NCBI GenBank assembly: GCA_965153455.1
Contig: OZ234493.1
Span: 17,350,213 to 17,414,212 of the forward strand
Direction of reading: 5' to 3'
DNA from: Sphagnum compactum
Lineage: Eukaryota
DNA length: 64,000 nt
Shown here: one piece after another, positions 35,101-48,339 of the stretch
How the letters are laid out: each line of letters opens with the position of its first letter
Position numbering within the stretch: the stretch's first letter is position 1
Notes under the pieces: generated by a model
What the model was told of the DNA's origin: nothing
The model's database searches: none
The model's input: the letters and a program-made list of their open reading frames with translations, nothing else
Position numbers and translations under genes: made by a program

Positions 35101-36881
35101 GTCTCTCTCATAATTACCAGATTTAGCATTGTTACACCTTGCACCAGGGATCTAATCACAGTCGGTCAATCATGGACATGTGGATCTTTTTGAGCTTTTT
35201 GAACCCCACTTAGTCCTTGCTTGTTGTTTATCTTTTGTTTCTTATATTATGGTCTTTTCTTCTTTTCTCCTTTCTCTTTTTTGTATTTCATTGGCAAATT
35301 TTATTGCTTAATTGGCTTTTAAAATTGTGATCATGAAGATTTTTTGATTATTGTGAGAGTTATCTGGATTTTGAAGAAAAAGACTTAGTTGTGCCCAATA
35401 CATCTGGTCACATTGACCTGCAACGGGTGAGGTCACTCGCTTTTCAAAGTCTAGTAAATGCATAGTTTGTTGCGTCTTATCTTTGGTTTGTGTCGTGATG
35501 GCATCCTGAATTCCAGTGTTCTCTTAGCGAGTGAAATTTTCTCCATCCTCTCTTGGTGGATTAACAAGATCCGATCAGCCCTTGGATTGCTTGGTCCCCA
35601 CTGGATGGATGCATTCTGTTCTCTCGATGGTCCTACATGCTCTCCTGAGTTTCATTTGTCACGGTTAACCAAGGTCTAAAACCCAAGGACGCACTGTTTT
35701 TTGTCCACAGTCATTCATCCGTCACGGTGGACCGGTGGGTGCTCTGATGCTGATTTTGGCTACATAATCCTACTTTTATGAAGATCTTATTTTTCCAAGT
35801 TTTTAATTGGTGTGAAGTTTGGAAATGAGTTGCAATTTTCTGGTTGGGGGCTTTTGGGGAAAAAATTCAAAGAACTTCTCTTGAAAAAGTAAGGAATTAA
35901 AAGCTTAGTTTGCCATATTTAAACTCTTTGCTCTTATGCGAATTGAAAAAGTTGTAGAAGCATTTTGGAGAAAAAAATCTTAGGTTCCTACTTATCCGAT
36001 AGCTAATGTTGGTGGAATCCTCCGAGATGATGGTTGCTGATGTGGTCCCATCACAAAATTGGAAAAAGAAAAATAATAATAGTGCTCCCAACCTAGTAAC
36101 CGCCTCAAAAAATATCATCTCTTTTTGCCTTCCAAAAAACCGAAGAAAACATTTAATACATGGTAAATTCAATAACACCGTGACCAAAAGTTTGTACTCC
36201 TCCATCGTAATTGACAAACTTGACGAACTTGAATAGAATGCGAAGACCCAAAAAAAAAAAAAACCCGAATATTTAGGCTGTCTAGCCCTGCAAGGTGAAC
36301 TCAGCTCTATTTCCTTACTTATTCTGGTGATTTTTTTGAAAAAATTCCCAAGAACCTTTCAGAAGGTCGACAGCCCATTTCAGATTTTGCAATAATGCAA
36401 AATTTTACATCATGAAAAAAATGCTAATTTATAGGATTTTATATATTTCTTTAGAATAAAACTTGGATCCCCCAAATCAGGCTTGGGAGAACTGCAATAA
36501 TGTTTTTTTTTTTCAATTTTCGAAGCTTGCATCTACTGTGAACACCTCGTATAGGATTTGTGAATAAATTGTAACCTTTTCGTAAAATAAAATAAAACCT
36601 TTTTGTAGGTTGGCTAACTATACCCCGCTTCAATAATAAACATCTGGTTATGTAATCTAACAACTACCCCCACCCCTTTCCCCCAAAACAATTTTTTTTT
36701 AAAAATCCACAAACACCCTCCTCTTGAACCTAGAACCCAAAACCTAAAAAATATATATTTAAATCCAAATGTTAAAAAACGACCGCCGCCGCCGCCCAAG
36801 TCCAAAAGCCCTTTTTCCCCAGACCAATAAAATAAAATATTATAAAAAAACAGTGTGGGGTTTCTGGGCTTTGTGGAGTAG

Positions 36882-36985
36882 TGCTTCGGCATTCTTTCTG
36901 ATGACCACATTGAGGAACTTGTCTAGAGATGGTCCCACTGTGATTGCTTCCATTCATCAACCCAGTAGTGAAGTTTTTGAGTTTC
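36882..36985 (+). pseudogene. ABCG half-transporter nucleotide-binding-domain fragment (ABCG11-like)
   Basis: [35 protein letters not shown] covers the D-loop to H-loop segment typical of plant ABCG/WBC proteins. Confidence 0.85.
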
Positions 36986-37185
36986 CGAGATACACCCTCA
37001 ACAACAAGAGGCTTTCTTTGCAGCTGCAAAAGAATTTGTTTGCAACAGCAAGAGACTTTGTTTGTAGCAACCATAAATTTTGTTTGCAACAACCATAAAT
37101 TTTGTTTGCAACAGCAAGACGTTTCTGAGATTTCTTTGAAGCGGGAGCAGGAGGAGATTATGGTAGTGCTCTTCTATCATCACGG

Positions 37186-38270
37186 GTGGATTGGGAGCTC
37201 AAGGATTGGGAATCTATAACCCTCGCGTACCCAACTTCACATGAGAATTGTTGTAGCAGCAATAGCTTGCCAGAGACAGTAATGGTTTCTGCTGCAGTGG
37301 TGAAGTCGGAGCCACTAGCAGAAGTGGAGGAAAGTGAGGAGGAGGAAGAGGAGGTGGTTCATCAAGCTCCTGAGCAGCAGTAGCAGCTCTTCTCAAGCTT
37401 GGGCTTAAACTCGGCAGACGTAGCAACGGCAGCAGCACCACGGAGAAGAACGAGAAGGAGAAAGAAGTTTCGCAAGGATCTCGTTCAACAACAACTCCTA
37501 CTGCCGCCATTGCTCCTCCTCCGGCAGCAGTAGCAGTAGCAGCAGGTTCTTCTTCTTCTTCACCTCCTTCCACCAAGAAGCAGCGGCTGACGTCTCCCTC
37601 TTCAACGACAGCAGGAGGAGGAGGAAACCAAAACCCTGCTCCTCCTTGTCGTTGTCAAGTGGAAGGATGCACAGCTAACCTAAGCTCTGCCAAAGACTAT
37701 CACCGAAGACACAAAGTTTGTGAGATGCATTCCAAAGCTTCCAAAGCCATAGCTGCCGGATGTGAACAACGCTTCTGTCAACAATGCTCCCGGTTAGCTT
37801 CCCATACCCCACCCATACCCATACATCAACAGCAATAGCAGCAGCTACAGTAGTATTGCTCCGGAGGCAGTCGACTGACTGACGGACAGATTCACTCACT
37901 CACTCCCTTGCATGTTGTGGGTCTTTTGTCTTTCTCTGTTGTCTGCAGGTTTCATGTGTTGACAGGGTTTGATGAAATCAAGCACAGCTGTCGAAGAAGA
38001 CTTGCAGGACACAATGAACGGCGGCACAAACCTCACCCCGAGTCTTCTTCTGCTGCTGCAGCTGCGGCTGCGATCGACCTCTCTTTCAACTGTCGAATCT
38101 CTTCACCAATGCGCAGCACCGATGCCTTCCATATCCACGGAACAGCTGCAGATTCTCTCACTCTTGATGGTACAGCAGCAGAGATACACCTAACCCTGTA
38201 CCCAACCCTTTGCATTCCCACCAGCATACCAACCTCACTGGCTCACATCCTTGTACCTCTGAATGCTACT
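37186..38270 (+). pseudogene. SPL: SBP-box (SQUAMOSA promoter-binding-like) transcription factor, frameshifted and 3'-truncated
   Basis: N-terminus (GTG)DWELKDWE; frameshift near 37370; [13 protein letters not shown] domain [65 protein letters not shown] with an intron at 37793-37948. Confidence 0.92.
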
Positions 38271-38342
38271 ATCAGGCACCCATTTGTTGTATCCACAAGA
38301 ATGATTTGAGCATTTCTTTGTCACCGAATTACAGAATTATCT

Positions 38343-40698
38343 TTGTACCAAAAAACTGCATCTGTCACTGTAACAGAAATTGCCTATAGTGTAAAAGAGG
38401 GGAAGATCAAAGGAGATGTGAGGCGGGAGGTTAAGGTTGTGACTTCATGTGGGGATGAATTTGAAGGTGATGCGGTTTTAGTCACTGTTCCATTGGGCTG
38501 TTTGAAGGCAGAAACCATCCGCTTTGAACCCCAACTTCCTGACTGGAAACTTGCCTCCATCGAGCGTCTTGGGTTTGGACTTCTGAATAAAGTTGTCATG
38601 GAGTTTACTGTCCCATGCTGGGATGAAACTGTTGACTATTTTGGTGCAGCTGCTGAGTGCACAGAATTGAGAGGTCGATGCTTTATGTTTTGGAATTTGA
38701 AGAGAACCGGTGGTGCTCCGATTTTGTTAGCCCTTGTGGTTGGAAAAGCAGCATATGAGGTTGAGCATCAAGAGAGTTCTGATCTTATCGAGCACGCCCT
38801 TATCATATTGAGGAAGCTCTTTGGGGAGACTGCAGTTCCCAACCCAATAGCATCTGTTGTAACCAATTGGGGCTTAGATCCCTTCAGTCGAGGAGCCTAC
38901 TCTTATGTGGCTTTGGGGGCATTGGGTGAGGATTATGATATTCTTGCGAGGCCTGTGGATAACTGTGTTTTCTTTGCTGGGGAGGCAACTTGTAAGCTAA
39001 ACCCAGATACAATTGGGGGTGCCATGATGAGTGGGCTTCGAGAGGCAGTTAGGATTGTGGACATCCTTGAGAATCGTGGACATACAATTGCCGAGGCTGA
39101 AGCTTTAGCAGCTGCTCAGCGCCAGTCAGATAGTGAGAGAAATGAGGTACAACACTTAATGACAAGAAAATCTCTCATCTTTTGTGCCTCTTTTTTTGAC
39201 TGCAATGTCAGCTTTTGAAGTTGAAATAAGTCACTGTTTGTATAGGGTAGGGTGCAACTAGTGCATTATCATAGCAGGTGTGGTGAAAACTGTCCAATTA
39301 TTGGTGTATGCCACCAATTAGTTTATGCAGTGTAAATAGCATCTCTGTGAGGTGTAGGATGAAGTTGTATGAATGCTTCAGGTTCGGGATATGGTCAAAA
39401 GGCTAGCAGCAGGTGAGCTTTCAAATGTACTAAGGGGGGACACAGTTCTGGGTGAGGGTGAACAAGGCCCACTGAGCCGTGCAGATTTAGTGAAAGACAT
39501 GTTTGGGAATGCCAAGACCACAACTGGACGTCTTTTGCTGATCAAAGAGATGCTTCAATTGCCTGAAACTTCTCTGAAGGGCTTTGCTGGCACAAAGTCT
39601 GGTCTCGCTGTCCTCAATAACTGGATTTTGGTATGTTTTTGTTTAAGGATCACAAAATGAGCTTTTCTTTTTCTGACTGGGCCCTGGCTGGCAACTCTTC
39701 ATGCGTGGGCAATTATAAATGTGTATCATAGTAACTGTTTTCTAACATATGGGTTTACATTTTGTTCTCCTGGGTGCAAGCTCACATCAGTTCTTGTCGA
39801 TAGTTTTCTGGTGGATTGGGTGTGAGGATTCTCCCATGTCCATGTCAGGAAACTCCTATGCCGAACAGCCCCTAAATCAACAACTTGGAATCCTCTTGCT
39901 TCTGCTCTATAATGTGACACGGAGTGGCATGGGTGAGCTTCACAGGACTCGATGGGGAAAGATGGAACACAGCTTCTCCGGCACTGTGTGCGCCTGCTTC
40001 TTGTTGTGGCCACTGACCTGCTTTCTATCCGACAATCTGGTACCCATCACCTATGGCCATGTGGTTATGGGCTTTCCTTCCTGAGTTTTGGTCTGTTGGC
40101 TTTCCTTCCAAGTCCTGTGTGGTTTCTGTGCTGTCCATTGACCCACTCTGGAGTAGTGAATAATTTTCACTTCCTACCAAGATCTTTCTTCAAGCTCAGA
40201 AGCTGCAAAGAATTATGTATTATACTTCGCTTATTCCTTGTATCTTGGGCAGAATTAATTAAACCATTCTTTGTTCTCCATGAGAGCTCAGGGCTTGCCC
40301 TTTCAGAAACAGGATGTTGGCACAAAATTATGTGCAATGGTTACATCATCTGCAGACATCCATTATACTGAAAATCTGCAATTGATCTCCTGTATGTTGC
40401 AGGTGTTGGGCGAGCGGTGAAGGAAAAGGTTTGTGTTCACACAAGCCGTGATATATGTGCAGTTGCAGGGCAGTTGGTCAAACTTTGGATTGAAGTTTTC
40501 CGTAAAGAGAAAGCAACCCATGGTTTGATCAAACCCGCCAAGAAGCCAGCCAGTAGCTCACCAAATGCCACAGTTGGCACTGCCAAGGCAAGCTCAAAAG
40601 ACACTCAAAAGACACCTACCATCGGAGATTCAAAGACCTGGCCTTATACCCATTTAGCATCACCATCTAGTGACTCCCTTTCTGCTGGTCAGAGCAAG
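38343..40698 (+). pseudogene. LDL3: Lysine-specific histone demethylase LDL3-like internal fragment (exons ~38343-39146, 39382-39630, 39946-40039, 40403-40698)
   Basis: C-terminal half of the amine oxidase domain (DAVLVTVPLGCLKA, LGFGLLNKV, WGLDPFSRGAYSY, FFAGEATC..TIGGAMMSGLREA), followed by the LDL3-type region DSMGKDGTQLLRHCVRLL..VKEKVCVHTSRDI. No SWIRM domain or N-terminal FAD-binding motif. Confidence 0.9.
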
Positions 40699-41199
40699 GT
40701 AAGATTACTGTAATCCTGATGATACTCTCTATTGATGTTTTAGAGGAACTATTGAGGAGCTTGCATTGTGATTTGCAGATATTTTGAATCATTAGATATG
40801 CTTAGCAATTGTTTAGGGTGGGTTTAGAGTCTAGGGCAACAAAATGTCATCCAAGGGTAGTGGTGACTCTTCACTTGTATAAATTGCGAGCACACTGAAA
40901 GTTCAAACAAGTTAGGATCATCAAGCCTTAGAAGTGTCTATGCATGTTTCTATACTTGTCATCTTGAGTTCTTAGATGGACACATGGAAATTACAAGATG
41001 AAAATATTATGAAGTCAATTACCCATATTTAATGGTTAACAGATGAAAAAATATCCCTGAATCAACCAACCATAATTTGTGAAATAACTCTCCTAAATTA
41101 ACAAATACAATATGAAAAAATAATTTAAATTAATTAATCAACCCTCTTAATTGACTAGTGTTTTAGGTTGATTTAACTGATAGGTGTAATTTCCACCTA

Positions 41200-41540
41200 A
41201 ATTCCCGTTTGGCAATTAAGTAGTTTCAATGGTATTCGATCAGCCAACAAGGGCACAGTGACTTGAGAGCCCTTGGGTGAACCCAGGCCAGTCCGTTTAA
41301 ATTATTTCTAAACATTACAAATACTTAATGCTTAGACTAAATCAGGGTGTCCGAGTTCAGATTTAACATATTTTGGGCTTAATATGGCCACTGAGAGGCC
41401 TCACTCAAAAAGGTCAAGGTACCAACATGGGTGCTGGTTCACCCTGCCTTTGAAGCTGTAAAAAATGATGCCACGTGGCGTTTTGCAATTTCAGATTGCG
41501 TTTTGAGCCTTCAGGCCTACCTCCGCTAACAAAAGTGAGC
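41200..41540 (+). repeat. Dispersed MITE-like repeat; related copies at ~42770-42960, ~45438-45665 and inverted at ~59200-59300 and ~59510-59800
   Basis: CAGGGTGTCCGAGTTCAGATTTAAC..GGCTTAATATGGCCACT..CAAGGTACCAACATGGGTG; its reverse complement lies at 59550-59800. Confidence 0.75.
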
Positions 41541-41544
41541 TCTG

Positions 41545-42756
41545 TCTTTATGTAACGAACCATCTGGTCTCATCCATGAACGAAGGCCTGTTTGTATGTA
41601 ACTGAGTCACCGACCGTCCAGGCTCATCCATGAACGAAGAAGCAGAAGAAGAAGTCCTGTCTGTATGCGAGCGAAGGACCGACCGGTCAAGCTCATCCAT
41701 CCATCATCCATGAACCAAGGACGGCCTGCCTGTTTGCGAACGACCGAACGGCCGGCCGGGCTCATCATCCAGGACCGAAGCCGGCGTAAAAATAGAAAGC
41801 TAAAATTTAGGATTAAATTCAATATGAAAATAAAGATAGAGAAGGATCCTTCCACATTCTTGGGTTTTTACATTTCTACCATAACGTACTATAAAAATTT
41901 AGTGACTTAAATTTTTTTCTCAAAATTAATAGAAGACTTGATGCCACATGGACCAAATGAATTTAGAATCTTTTTCAGTTCTTTGTTTCATTCACACATC
42001 CTTTCACTTTAATGGGAAGCTCAATGATAGGGATTTGCTACCGTTTTTTGGGAGTGTCACAAATAAGGGTCTTCTTTGGATTTAACAACTCTTTGTTCAG
42101 TTTTGCGTTGTACCCCATCATTTCCGCTTGGCATCTCCGCACCATAATCCAGAGTCAAAGGTTAGTTTAGTAAGAGGTCCATAGAACAACTTTAAAGTGT
42201 TTACACCTAAACATGGTTTTGCATAAATTCTAACTTTCTTTAGGGAACCCATCAATATTCTTTTGCCTTTCACTAGGTTCTAGGGAGGTCGCTTTCACTC
42301 TACTACGAACAATGTGAAAAAAATATAGGGTACAATTTATTGAAAAAACTATAAAAAAATAACTTATTTAAACATAAATAGGGTGTCAATAATTCCTTTT
42401 GAAAATAGAATCAAAATGTATCTAAAATATGCTTTAAATATGTCATTATTTCATAGCAAAATACCAAATATATTTTAGCTTCAAGTGGTTCCTAAAATAT
42501 ACAAGGAATCACCTCACTGGACACTTGTCTGGGTACAACAACCTTGATTTGGTTCCAACTTCAGAAACTTTAATCCATTTGGGGATTTGATTTTGGTTTG
42601 AAAGCTAAACTCCAACTTAGGTCAGAGTTCATTTTGAAGTAAGAAAACCCCAGTTGGATTTATTTCAAAAAAATTATAAATGTTTAGCCATACCTTATTA
42701 TCTATTTCCTAAATGTGGGTATGTCACAGTGTCCGGAGGTCACGGGTACCCACTAG
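41545..42756 (+). mobile_element. Possible non-autonomous Helitron-like insertion
   Basis: Starts TCTTTATGTAACGAAC with CATCCATGAAC repeats; ends GGGTACCCACTAG|T, similar to the terminus at 48716. Confidence 0.35.
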
Positions 42757-43182
42757 TAATGCTTATAACTGTTTTTGCCACGGTACCACTGCAAGTGCTA
42801 GTTCATCCAAACCCCTGATTGAGGCCTCTTAGTGCATATATTTAACCTGCAAAATCTTAAATTTGGACTTCAGACCACCCAACCCATCAAATTATGCCAC
42901 GTGGCTCTCTGAAATTTCGGATCGTGTTTTGAGCCCTCAGGCCTACCTCCGCTAACAAAAGTTCCACAAGGGCGATGCGACAGACGACATACAAGATGCA
43001 TTGCAATACCGGATGAACTAGAACAGCAAAACCCACAAGGACAATGTCCATAGAAGTTCCCTTGATATTTTCAAGTCTTTTTCAATGAACCAGACAAGAT
43101 GCAGACTGAATTTAACCAGCCTAATATTATCACCAAGGGCAAACGGGACATTGCTATGAAGTCAGACAGGAACACCACTGAC

Positions 43183-43329
43183 CGTGTCCAATAGGTGAGA
43201 TGCGGTTGCGTGACAAGTTAAGCACCCGCAATCGAGTAAGTTCCCGTAAGCCTTCAATTACTACAATTTTGTTGTGTGACAGGTCAAATGAGTGCAGACT
43301 TTGTGGAAGCGATCCTGGTGTTAGACGGA
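43183..43329 (-). pseudogene. Single exon of an SDS22-like LRR protein (plant 'outer arm dynein light chain 1'-like family)
   Basis: Minus strand, bounded by AG/GT: RLTPGSLPQSLHSFDLSHNKIVVIEGLRELTRLRVLNLSRNRISPIGH. It lies between duplicated ~170-bp segments (42960-43130 and 43805-43975). Confidence 0.8.
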
Positions 43330-44593
43330 CTGCAACAAAACCAAAAATATTTCATTGGATCCCGCAGAGTCTCAAAACCAGTTGTTGGTAAATGTGATCA
43401 GGATCCCCTAGCATCCTCAAATAAACTTGGCACGTCCAGTTCCAGAATGCGGCAGTTAAAACCTAACTCCCACAAGAGGTATATGATAGCTAAGACTTAT
43501 CATCCGACACCACATTTTGATTACGGAGTATTTTGCGATTCTGTTCGTGATATAAAGGGCATAAGCATGTGTTTTGAATATGGATTCTACGTCAGCGACC
43601 TTACATTGGTAATGCTAACCCCAATCATCGTGGCTCAAAACAAATATGATCGTTCAGCTGTCTCACTTATACAAAATAATCTCCCGGAGAGAAGAGCAGC
43701 CTGCCGGACCCGAGGCACTCAATAACCAGATTTGTATAGGTCATCAATAGCCGACCTGATGCTCACAAAGCAGGGAAATGCAGCACAGTTCCAAATAAGG
43801 AAAACAAAAGTTCCACAAGGGCGATGCGACAGACAACATACAAGATGCATTGCAATACCGGATGAACTAGATGAGCAAAACCCAGGAGGACAATGTCCAT
43901 AGAAGTTCCCTTAATATTTTCAAGTCTTTTTTCAATGAACCAGACAAGACTGAATTAAACCAGCCTAATATTCGGCCTGGCACCTTCGATCGTGAAGGCT
44001 GACGAAAACGTCGCCTCGACTCGAGAGGCGAGGCGGCCTCTCACGTGAGGTCCTGAACAGAACGGTCGTAACGGAGTGCTGAACCACCAGCTTCTGGAAA
44101 CGGTGCCGGCGTGGAAAATCCAAATTGATTTGAAATCCAATCGCCAGAGGTTTTGCTAGTGGTCTGTCTCTCACTCGTGGCTGGAAAAGAGTTCTCGTTG
44201 CAAGCATTTCGCACTTTATCACACAGACAGCAGGCTAGGCACTTGTCACGCGCGGGATTTCAAGAAGTTCGTATTGCAAGTGGGGTGGGTTGGGTTGCAG
44301 TGGGGCTGGGGGCCTAGGGTTTGGACGTTTTTGTGAGCGACAAACAAACAAACAAGCAGCGAAAGCACACAGGCTAGGCACTTTCTTGTTGGGCTGGTGG
44401 TGGTGGTGGTGGTGGTGGTGGTGGAGGAGTTCCTTGATCTTTGCACCATCATCGTCTCGGACAGAGCTAGTAGGCTAGGCACTGGAGGATAACCAGGGTG
44501 TTCATACCTTAAGGTGTTTTCCTCACTAACCGGCCAATACTGGTATATGGAAGTATTTAAACTGTATTTGGAGGGTACATTATATTAACGAAT

Positions 44594-44632
44594 GGGTTTA
44601 GGGTTTAGGGTTTAACCTAAACCCTAAACCCT
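44594..44632. repeat. Head-to-head interstitial telomeric repeats, (GGGTTTA)3 followed by ACCTAAACCCTAAACCCT
   Basis: Read directly: GGGTTTAGGGTTTAGGGTTTA|ACCTAAACCCTAAACCCT. Confidence 0.9.
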
Positions 44633-47162
44633 CTTATCCCTCTTGCAAAAGTGCAAGAGTGTTCTTACACCTACTCCACTATAGGTGTAAGATCTCTCAC
44701 ACTTTTTTTCCGGAACATGTGTGACTTCTGTCCCCTCCTATGCCTTGTGAACTGCATATGTTCACCTTCAACCTTGTGCTTTAAAAATGTCGTGTGAATG
44801 TCTTCTACCCAGGTAGTAGACATTCCCACACCATGCGGCCGGTCCTATATGATGTGAACACATAAAACGCATGTAATGTAACCTCCTACACAAAGCTAAT
44901 ATTGTGTAGAGTGCATGCATGGTCAGTTAACAGGGGGCCCTTTAGGAGCACACCCGAGTGATTTACTTCCTGTTGATTCCCCCACTGTGAAGTAAATTGT
45001 GGGCGGGCAATGGTTGTTGCCACCTAAGGTAAACAAATAAAACAAACCATTCGGCTGCTCTTTTCACCTGTAGCTCTGTCTGCTAGTCACAAGTGCCTGA
45101 TTATGTATACACCTACCTTTTTTTTTTACCAGTTACAATCTACAGAAGATTGACAAAAGTCAAAAGACTTCTCCAAGACCGAGAGAGCACACAAGGGTAG
45201 TGCTAGTGAATAAATACTTCTACACTTCTACAGGATGCTGCAAACAGGAGTCTTAACACATTTTGTACCCAGGTTGTTAACGTGCAATTAAAGGAGGGTA
45301 GTTGCCACCATTTAGCGACTTACCAAGGCTGCCTCACCGAAATTCCGTCTCCCCAAGCGCCTGCCAGCCATCCCAAACATGCCACATACCGTCCATTTGA
45401 ATCACATAGTATTTCTGGAGCTGTTGAACCATAAAGCTGTCTGAGTTCAGATTTAACATTTTTTGGGCTTAAGATGGCCACTAAGAGGCCTCACTCAAAA
45501 AGGTCAAGGTACCAACATGGGTGCCGGTTCACCCTGGCCAACTTGTGCCACCTACACCGATGACCGGTTGGTCACCTTCAGGTTTCCTTTGAAAGTGTGC
45601 TAAATGATGCCACGTGGCACTCCAAAAATTTAGATTGCATTTTGAGCCCTCAGGCCTACCTGCACTAAAAATCCTTATATTTGGGATTTTTTATTTTTTT
45701 TAGGGCAAATTTCCCCCCCTAGAAAAAGGATGCCCTAAACTTTTGATAACATTCTTTTTCCAATTTTGCGATGTAGCAGTTTAGCAATGATCCACAGTTC
45801 AATTTAGCAAATTTTGATTATCGACAAAGTAAAGTAAGAAAGTAACAAATCAAAAAGGAATTTTATGGTTTTCTAAATATTTGTTTCCTAGAGTTTTATA
45901 GTTTCCATTTTCATGGGTTTTCTATAAATACTTTCCCCTTGGTTTTATTATTTTCTTTATTTATTTATTGTGCTTGCTCGAAAGGTTGGTTTCATATTTA
46001 ATATTTCATTGGTGGTTTTCGTTTTTTACAATGTTTGCAAAAACTATTTTTTTGTTGTGTATTTTTTCATTTTATTCTATATGGTTGTTTTATAAATTTT
46101 GGGGGTTTAAGTTTTCAAATACAGCATAGTTTCTTCGCCTTCTTTTTCTTCTTGTGATTTTTGTTGTTTATCTCATTTTTTAATGTTTTTTTTTTCTTTT
46201 ACAACCGTTTTTTGGGTATTTATAACTTTTGACAACCTTATATTTATCTTTTTATATTATTAGGTTTTTTTTTTCTTTTATTTTGGTCTTTCACATATGT
46301 AATTAGATTGATAGCACTGATAAGATTTTATACATGTACCTACAATGGTTGCTCTGAGCTATGCTTGAATTTATGATTGCACATAACCTTAAACCCCTTG
46401 GTTTGACTTGTCATTCGCACGAGAGCCAACAAAAATTTCGATAGCGACACGAACTGTATTCAAAAATCAACCTAGATTGCGAGATCTTTTGCGCGACTCC
46501 TACGTCCCATTCCTTTGGCCCTAACATAAAGCATGCCCTATTTATGAGCAAATCCTGACAACATTTATGTTGATAATTCTAGAAAATAATTCAATGACCA
46601 AAAACGTTGCATGCAAGATTTACATAGTGCCAGTGATAACGTCGTAATCAAAATGGATGATCTCACGTAAAGTATTTTCTACCAACTGCAATTAAAAGAA
46701 AATGTGAACGAGATTTTTTGCTTGTCCTTCATAATGCTAGGATCTCACGTGAAAGGAGGTAAATAACCTCTGAGAATCCTATGATCCCGAATGTATCGTT
46801 GCAGGCGGGCCAAGATTTCTTGCCTTAAATGAAACAGACCTCAAGGTAACTCAATGTAATATAAAAGGTTGCATAGGGTGGTCGACTCATTCAATCATTC
46901 ATGTAAAGGTTGTTTTTGGCAAGTAGTTGATACATACTTAAGTCGCACTGCCCTTGTTCTTTCTGTGCTCAACTCTCAAGCTTGTGTGTCTACAAAGGTG
47001 CGTAATTAGTTTTTTTTTTTGTGATCGTCAATCCTTTTGATGGCAATGCGTTCATCATCAATCGTGGTTGGTTTTTCTAGCGTTTATGATCTTACAAGAA
47101 GCGTCAAATTTATATCCATTTGTTTCTAAATATTTTGAGTCTCATAATCATATTTTTTGCAG

Positions 47163-47627
47163 ATGGGAGAACCTGAAGGTACCAACCTGATGGACATGCC
47201 GTTGGAAGTTCGAATTAACATCCTTAAGTTTTCATGGGCCGATGAATATGATGCATGGGAATATAAGGAGGATGGTCGCATTTTAATTGTTGACCTACAT
47301 AAGTTGCTTGCCCCTGCTACTGATGAGTGAGAAAAGCAAATGCCAGACATTCTGGCCCATGTTCACCTCAGGGTGGTTGACCATCTTGTCATCCTGGCAT
47401 ACATAGAAGCCACAGAAAGATATCGAGGACGTTGTTTTACAGTGTATCACCCAATGCGCGTAGAATGGTTCCCAGAACTTGATGATCTGGTCCGCAATCC
47501 ACCTCCGAACATGCTCGTGACCATTAAAACGCATGGAGACGAAATCCCTGAAACGCATCCCGACGACATATATGGAACGCCTGGTGACGACATTGATGAC
47601 AAGAAGGAATATGTTTGGGGGGCGTAA
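47163..47627 (+). pseudogene. Small F-box-like protein gene with one in-frame stop (TGA 47328-47330)
   Basis: MGEPEGTNLMDMPLEVRINILKFS (F-box-like LxDxPxExxxxILxF), continuing in frame into the 47340-47627 ORF. Preceded by TATAAAA (~46860) and a likely 5'-UTR intron (46998-47162, GT..TTTTGCAG). Confidence 0.5.
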
Positions 47628-48339
47628 TAGTAATCGTTCATTTTTGTCGGCATGGTGAGAAAAAAAAGCTTGTGATAGTTTTGTAGTTAATATTTTTGCA
47701 AAGGATTGATTGCAGTGTAGATACTTGATGCAAAAGCCATGCAAAGTTCAAAAAAATGAAGATTGTTAATTGTTGTAAGAATTTCGAAAAAAATACTTGT
47801 AGTGGCTTTGCAGTCAGTTTTTGTTTTGTTTTACATGCATTAAGTGTAATTCTTTAGTGGAAAAACATGTTGTTGTAAAAGGTCCTAGAACATAAATTTA
47901 ACCTTTATTACTCTTAAAATTATTCACCAATTTTTATTTATCCTTTAAAGTTAAGTTTCTTTTTTTGTGTGCTAGTTTTTAAACAATATATATGTATATT
48001 AATGAACTATACCCTAGATGCCATTTGTCAAGTCCATTTTTAGGTTGATTATCAAGTGTCAGATAATAAGTTTACCATCGAAAAACACATATCTACTAAC
48101 CATACGTTTACATATTTTATCGATACCATTCACAACTTATTGTCCCATCATGTTGGTCTCCGAAACCCATTCAAATCAAATTGTTTTCAAGCATTATTCT
48201 CTGAACAAAAAAACATCATAAAAAATAAAGATCTCACCATAAGATGTCAAGAAATCAAAACTTGTCCAACAACCCTAAATTCTACTCCTATTCCATTTTC
48301 CAAAGTTAGACAATTCCCTTCTTTTTGTCTGGCAACCAT

